Positions 62,593-64,000 of a DNA stretch of 64,000 nucleotides are shown piece after piece (the stretch's first letter is position 1; each line of letters begins with the position of its first letter). A model generated the notes under the pieces. The model worked only from the letters and a program-made list of their open reading frames with translations, was not told the DNA's origin and made no database searches. Origin of the DNA: Chrysomallon squamiferum (taxonomy: Eukaryota; Animalia; Mollusca). The translations under genes and the position numbers were made by a program. The DNA lies in assembly GCA_012295275.1 (NCBI GenBank), contig CM022670.1:29140001-29204000 (forward strand), read 5' to 3'.

Positions 62593-64000
62593 CCCAGCAT
62601 ACATATATACTATACAACAGACCTCTTAAAGAGCCACATATATAGCTGATTGTATACAAAAATTAAATAAAAAAAATGTCTCTCTTCCCTATTCTTCACT
62701 GAACAAGTCACATAAACTTTCTAAGCCTTGGCATAGAAAAATGATGTGAATTTGTGGTCCACCCAACTGTATTTGTGTGTTATATCAGCCACTAAAAGTT
62801 TCACTTATTGTTATTGGTTGAAAACTGCCTGAATGGAGGGCGTGATTCAGCCTGCTTGCTTGATGTTACAACTGTCAGATCATGTTTATCAGACTTAAAT
62901 AAGCAGAGAAATAGTTAAAAACATTTAGATGGATCCATAACAAACCAATATATTATATAGGTTAGCTGACCAGCCAAGCAGAGATACCTGTGCTGTCGTG
63001 TTGTTGGGTGTTAAAAGGGGTAATTTGAAGTCTGGTAAGTTATGCAAACTAGCTAGATTTATTTTTTAATACAGATATTTCCCATCACATTTTGTTAAGT
63101 AAAGTGGAAAGAATTAAAAGTAAGTAAATAAATTAGTTAATTTTAAAATATATTTTAGAAAATGAGAAAAAAAAATGAAATGGTATTTTAATTGATTTTG
63201 TTCAATAATATCAAGGTTAAAAATGATATGTGATAAAAATGTAGCTATTTTGGATTTCAGTTTTCATTTAATTTTTTAAAATTATTTTAACAGCTAACCT
63301 TTTCAATGATGTCTTTAGAGAAAAATATGTACCATTTACCTTTTTCACATTTTTTAACAATAATATATAAAATATCTCTTTTTAATTGAAATTTATTTTA
63401 TTTTTGGGAGTGATGGGTTTTGTCATATTTCTTTGATATTATTTATTCAGTTATCAGTTTATTTGCATTTTATAGTTGGCTATTTCTTTTCTTTCTTTTT
63501 CTTTTTTTTCTAATCCAGCAGCTTATTTTTTTTCTTTTCATTTGATGTGTAAATGTTTTGTACACCATGTGAATCATTTTCCTTACAGAAGCATTAAATA
63601 TTTCACAATCATGCTGGTTTACATACATTTTTACACAACTCAGAATAATACCAGCATGTGAGTATTGAGCTGATTTCATGTAAAGCAGTTTCTAAATGTA
63701 GATCTGTTATGTGTGATATATCAGTTGGTTTATTATATTACCAGATTGAATTCAGGCACACCGCAAAGGACTGGACAAATTTGTTTTTGGATATTTAATG
63801 ACTTTCTAGTACTTTATGTATGTACCTTAGTTAGTAATTTATGAAACTGTAATACTGTAAGCAGTAATACTTAATTGTTGATATTTGATTTTCTTTATCT
63901 GTGTTTTTTAACCTTTGTTATATATAACAAATTATTATAAAAATTCTTTACTGTACAATTTGCATTATTCTTTTATCATGATATTTCTGCTATTAACTTT

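Noticed and set aside
54809-64000. Further OTUD4 exons (rest of the Tudor domain)
   Set aside because: No exon continuing after GDKCQ could be identified by eye; probably a long intron extending past the window.
1-64000. CRISPR arrays, rRNA/tRNA genes, prokaryotic operons or defence systems
   Set aside because: Sequence is eukaryotic with spliceosomal introns; no repeat-spacer arrays or intact structural RNA genes were seen.

Overview
AT-rich animal genomic DNA with spliceosomal introns and microsatellites; the repeat content suggests a mollusc, possibly a gastropod (inference). Five host genes can be read: (1) a two-exon METTL7/TMT1-like SAM methyltransferase (+, 290-1886); (2) an intronless orphan mucin-like type I membrane protein (-, 4532-5131); (3) an intronless NAD(P)-dependent epimerase/dehydratase-type SDR with a signal peptide and C-terminal KEEL (-, 11552-12757); (4) a ~24-coding-exon SUPT20H/Spt20 SAGA subunit gene (-, 20069-32715) that needs one GC-AG intron; (5) head-to-head with it, an OTUD4/ALG13-type OTU deubiquitinase gene (+, from 36829, running off the window). 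The most structured signal is a FLYWCH-MULE (Phantom-like) DNA transposon present twice: a full-length decayed copy (6081-9994) and an inverted, transposase-deleted copy (38756-40318). Each has its own 8-bp TSD and both carry the same nested Tigger/pogo relic. The deleted copy split a ~70-bp palindrome. Other elements are hAT, Tc1, NOF-type MULE, Tigger-like MITE and SINE remnants. A tentative antisense spliced unit lies inside an OTUD4 intron. All calls were made by eye; no database searches were run.
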